Of a DNA stretch of 64,000 nucleotides, positions 62,486 to 64,000 are shown piece by piece; the stretch's first letter is position 1; the number at the start of each line of letters is the position of its first letter. The position numbers were made by a program, and so were the translations under genes. The notes below the pieces were generated by a model. The model did not search any database, was not told the origin of the DNA, and saw only the letters and a list, made by a program, of their open reading frames with translations. The stretch is taken from NCBI GenBank assembly GCA_905234985.1, contig CAJOJQ010000032.1:9915-73914 (forward strand), read 5' to 3'. Origin of the DNA: an uncultured Christensenellaceae bacterium (GTDB lineage Bacteria; Bacillota; Clostridia; Christensenellales; Aristaeellaceae).

Positions 62486-64000
62486 ATGAAAAACAACCGT
62501 TTATTGAGTTTGATCCTCTCTCTTATGATGCTGTTCACCGTCGTTTTCCCCACCGGCGTGTACGCTGAGGAGCCGGAAGGACAGGAAATCGTCGCCGAAG
62601 CGCAGCCTGCTGCCCCGGAAGCGAAGCCCGCTGCTGAAGAGCAGCCTGCTGCCGAGGAACAGCCCGCTGCTCAGGAGCAGCCCGCCGCTCAGGAACAGCC
62701 CGCCGCTCAGGAGCAGCCCGCCGCCCAGGAGCAGCCCGCCGCCCAGGAGCAGCCCGCCGACGAAGAACAGCCCGCCGCTCAAGAGCAGCCCGCTGCTGAA
62801 GAGCAGCCTGCTGACGAAGAACAGCCCGCTGACGAACAGCAGCCCGCTGACGAACAGCAGCCCGCTGACGAACAGCAGCCCGCTGACGAAGAACAGCCCG
62901 CTGACGAAGAGCAGCCCGCTGATGAAGAACAGCCCGCTGACGAAGAGGCGGAAGAAGAACCCGCGCTTTTTGAACGCGGCTATGTCCGCATGGCGAACGG
63001 CGCGACCACCGTTTACGCTTCCGAATCCAGGCGCGATGAACTGGGCACGCTGGCCGGCGGCTCCGTGGTGTACGCCGTGGTTTCTTCCCGCGCGGCCGAC
63101 GAAGCGGATACCTGGCTGAGGATCGTCTTTGACACCAAGGAAGCCAGGGAAGCGGACGGCGCGCTGGTGAGCGGCTATGTGCAGTTCAAGAGCGTTTCCG
63201 TGCTGTCCGAGGAAGCGGTCGCCCAGCTGCAGCAGTCCCTGAAAAACGATCACGCGGTCCGCAGCTATGGCGACAATCCGCTGCCTGCGGTTTCCTTCAC
63301 TCTGAAAGTGGAAGAAGCTGTTGAACAGCAGCCCGCTGACGAAGAGCAGCCCGCTGACGAACAGCAGCCCGCTGACGAAGAACAGCCCGCTGACGAACAG
63401 CAGCCCGCCGACGAACAGCAGCCCGCTGACGAACAGCAGCCTGCTGACGAAGAGCAGCCCGCCAACGAAGAACAGCCCGCTGACGAACAGCAGCCCGCTG
63501 CTGAAGAGCAGCCCGCTGACGAACAGCAGCCCGCTGCTGAAGAGCAGCCCGCTGACGAACAGCAGCCCGCTGACGAACAGCAGCCCGTCGACGAAGAAGA
63601 ACCCGACGATGATGAAGACGAAGACGACGACGGAGAACCGACCATTGTGATTGGCGCGCTGGAAGGAGAAACGGTAACGGATGATCCGATGGGTTCTCCC
63701 GCCGCTAAGCCCCAATTCACTATCCAGCCGGAAGCCACTATGGTCGAATTAGGCGCAGAAGTCACTTTCACCGCCGCCGCGTCCGACGCTACCAGCTATC
63801 AGTGGCAGATCGACAAGAACAACGGCAAGGGCTGGACCAAGCTGAGCAACGGCACCACCTGGCGGATCGCCGTCACCGACGAAGGAACAACGACTCTTGC
63901 CTTTGACTCGACCGCTGCCAGAGCGACCTACAAATACCGCTGCGTTGCCACCAATTCAAACGGCAGCACCGGCTCCGACGAAGCGACCTTCACCATTGGC
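62486..64000 (+). CDS. Secreted repeat protein: two (E/Q)EQPA(D/A/E) hexapeptide arrays, an SH3-like module, then Ig-like domain(s); 3' partial
   Basis: AAGGAG-N7-ATG. Signal peptide MKNNRLLSLILSLMMLFTVVFPTGVYA. The frame is open to the window end, so it is absent from the ORF track. Confidence 0.75.
   Translation, partial: MKNNRLLSLILSLMMLFTVVFPTGVYAEEPEGQEIVAEAQPAAPEAKPAAEEQPAAEEQPAAQEQPAAQEQPAAQEQPAAQEQPAAQEQPADEEQPAAQEQPAAEEQPADEEQPADEQQPADEQQPADEQQPADEEQPADEEQPADEEQPADEEAEEEPALFERGYVRMANGATTVYASESRRDELGTLAGGSVVYAVVSSRAADEADTWLRIVFDTKEAREADGALVSGYVQFKSVSVLSEEAVAQLQQSLKNDHAVRSYGDNPLPAVSFTLKVEEAVEQQPADEEQPADEQQPADEEQPADEQQPADEQQPADEQQPADEEQPANEEQPADEQQPAAEEQPADEQQPAAEEQPADEQQPADEQQPVDEEEPDDDEDEDDDGEPTIVIGALEGETVTDDPMGSPAAKPQFTIQPEATMVELGAEVTFTAAASDATSYQWQIDKNNGKGWTKLSNGTTWRIAVTDEGTTTLAFDSTAARATYKYRCVATNSNGSTGSDEATFTIG
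62600..62946. repeat. 18-bp tandem repeat array 1 (GAA/CAG CAG CCC GCT GAC GAA type)
   Basis: About 19 consecutive units read directly. Confidence 0.85.
63323..63594. repeat. 18-bp tandem repeat array 2
   Basis: About 15 consecutive units of the same type. Confidence 0.85.

Noticed and set aside
62501-63715. 404-aa minus-strand ORF rich in GLLFVS repeats.
   Set aside because: It is the antisense reading of the 18-bp EEQPAD repeat arrays. The plus-strand frame has an RBS, a signal peptide and folded domains.

Overview
This is a 64-kb chromosomal segment next to the replication origin of a high-GC, spore-forming Clostridia. The taxon (Oscillospiraceae/Ruminococcaceae-like) is inferred only from the presence of sleB-ypeB, spoVT, cotH and dnaA. 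No database search was possible.

Housekeeping and sporulation genes: xth, putP, sleB, ypeB, spoVT, tag, dnaA plus a putative oriC, mgtE, purA, dapL, dapF and argS. There is also a sugar-utilisation locus (GH2, ABC transporter, GH43, ArsR-type regulator).

Four stretches look AT-richer by eye and are probably acquired:
- about 24.1-25.0 kb;
- a roughly 9-kb exopolysaccharide cluster at 36.0-44.4 kb;
- a three-gene ATPase/Toprim-like cassette at 52.6-54.2 kb, fused onto purA;
- an acyltransferase at 57.3-58.7 kb, inserted between dapL and dapF.

Signals the protein genes do not explain:
1. A mirror-duplicated locus at 21.1-22.1 kb. Each arm has a consensus promoter, a structured leader, a hairpin that sequesters the Shine-Dalgarno, a 30-codon cationic ORF, and a convergent antisense RNA with its own promoter and terminator. 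The layout resembles a type I toxin-antitoxin.
2. The core of that leader recurs in two ORF-less RNAs of about 330 nt (4.1-4.4 kb and 35.5-35.9 kb). Differences between copies are compensatory in the stems.
3. Seven long intergenic hairpins have arms built from heptad repeats. There are two arm families, and most copies share a loop motif GACTATATAAA.
4. A (GACA)9 tract lies in the 5' end of the acyltransferase. At the present length it separates the only upstream ATG from the enzyme frame.
5. Two islands are bracketed by imperfect direct repeats of about 70 bp.

I also call a tandem glycine riboswitch. All family assignments come from motif recognition by eye and need HMM or covariance-model confirmation.
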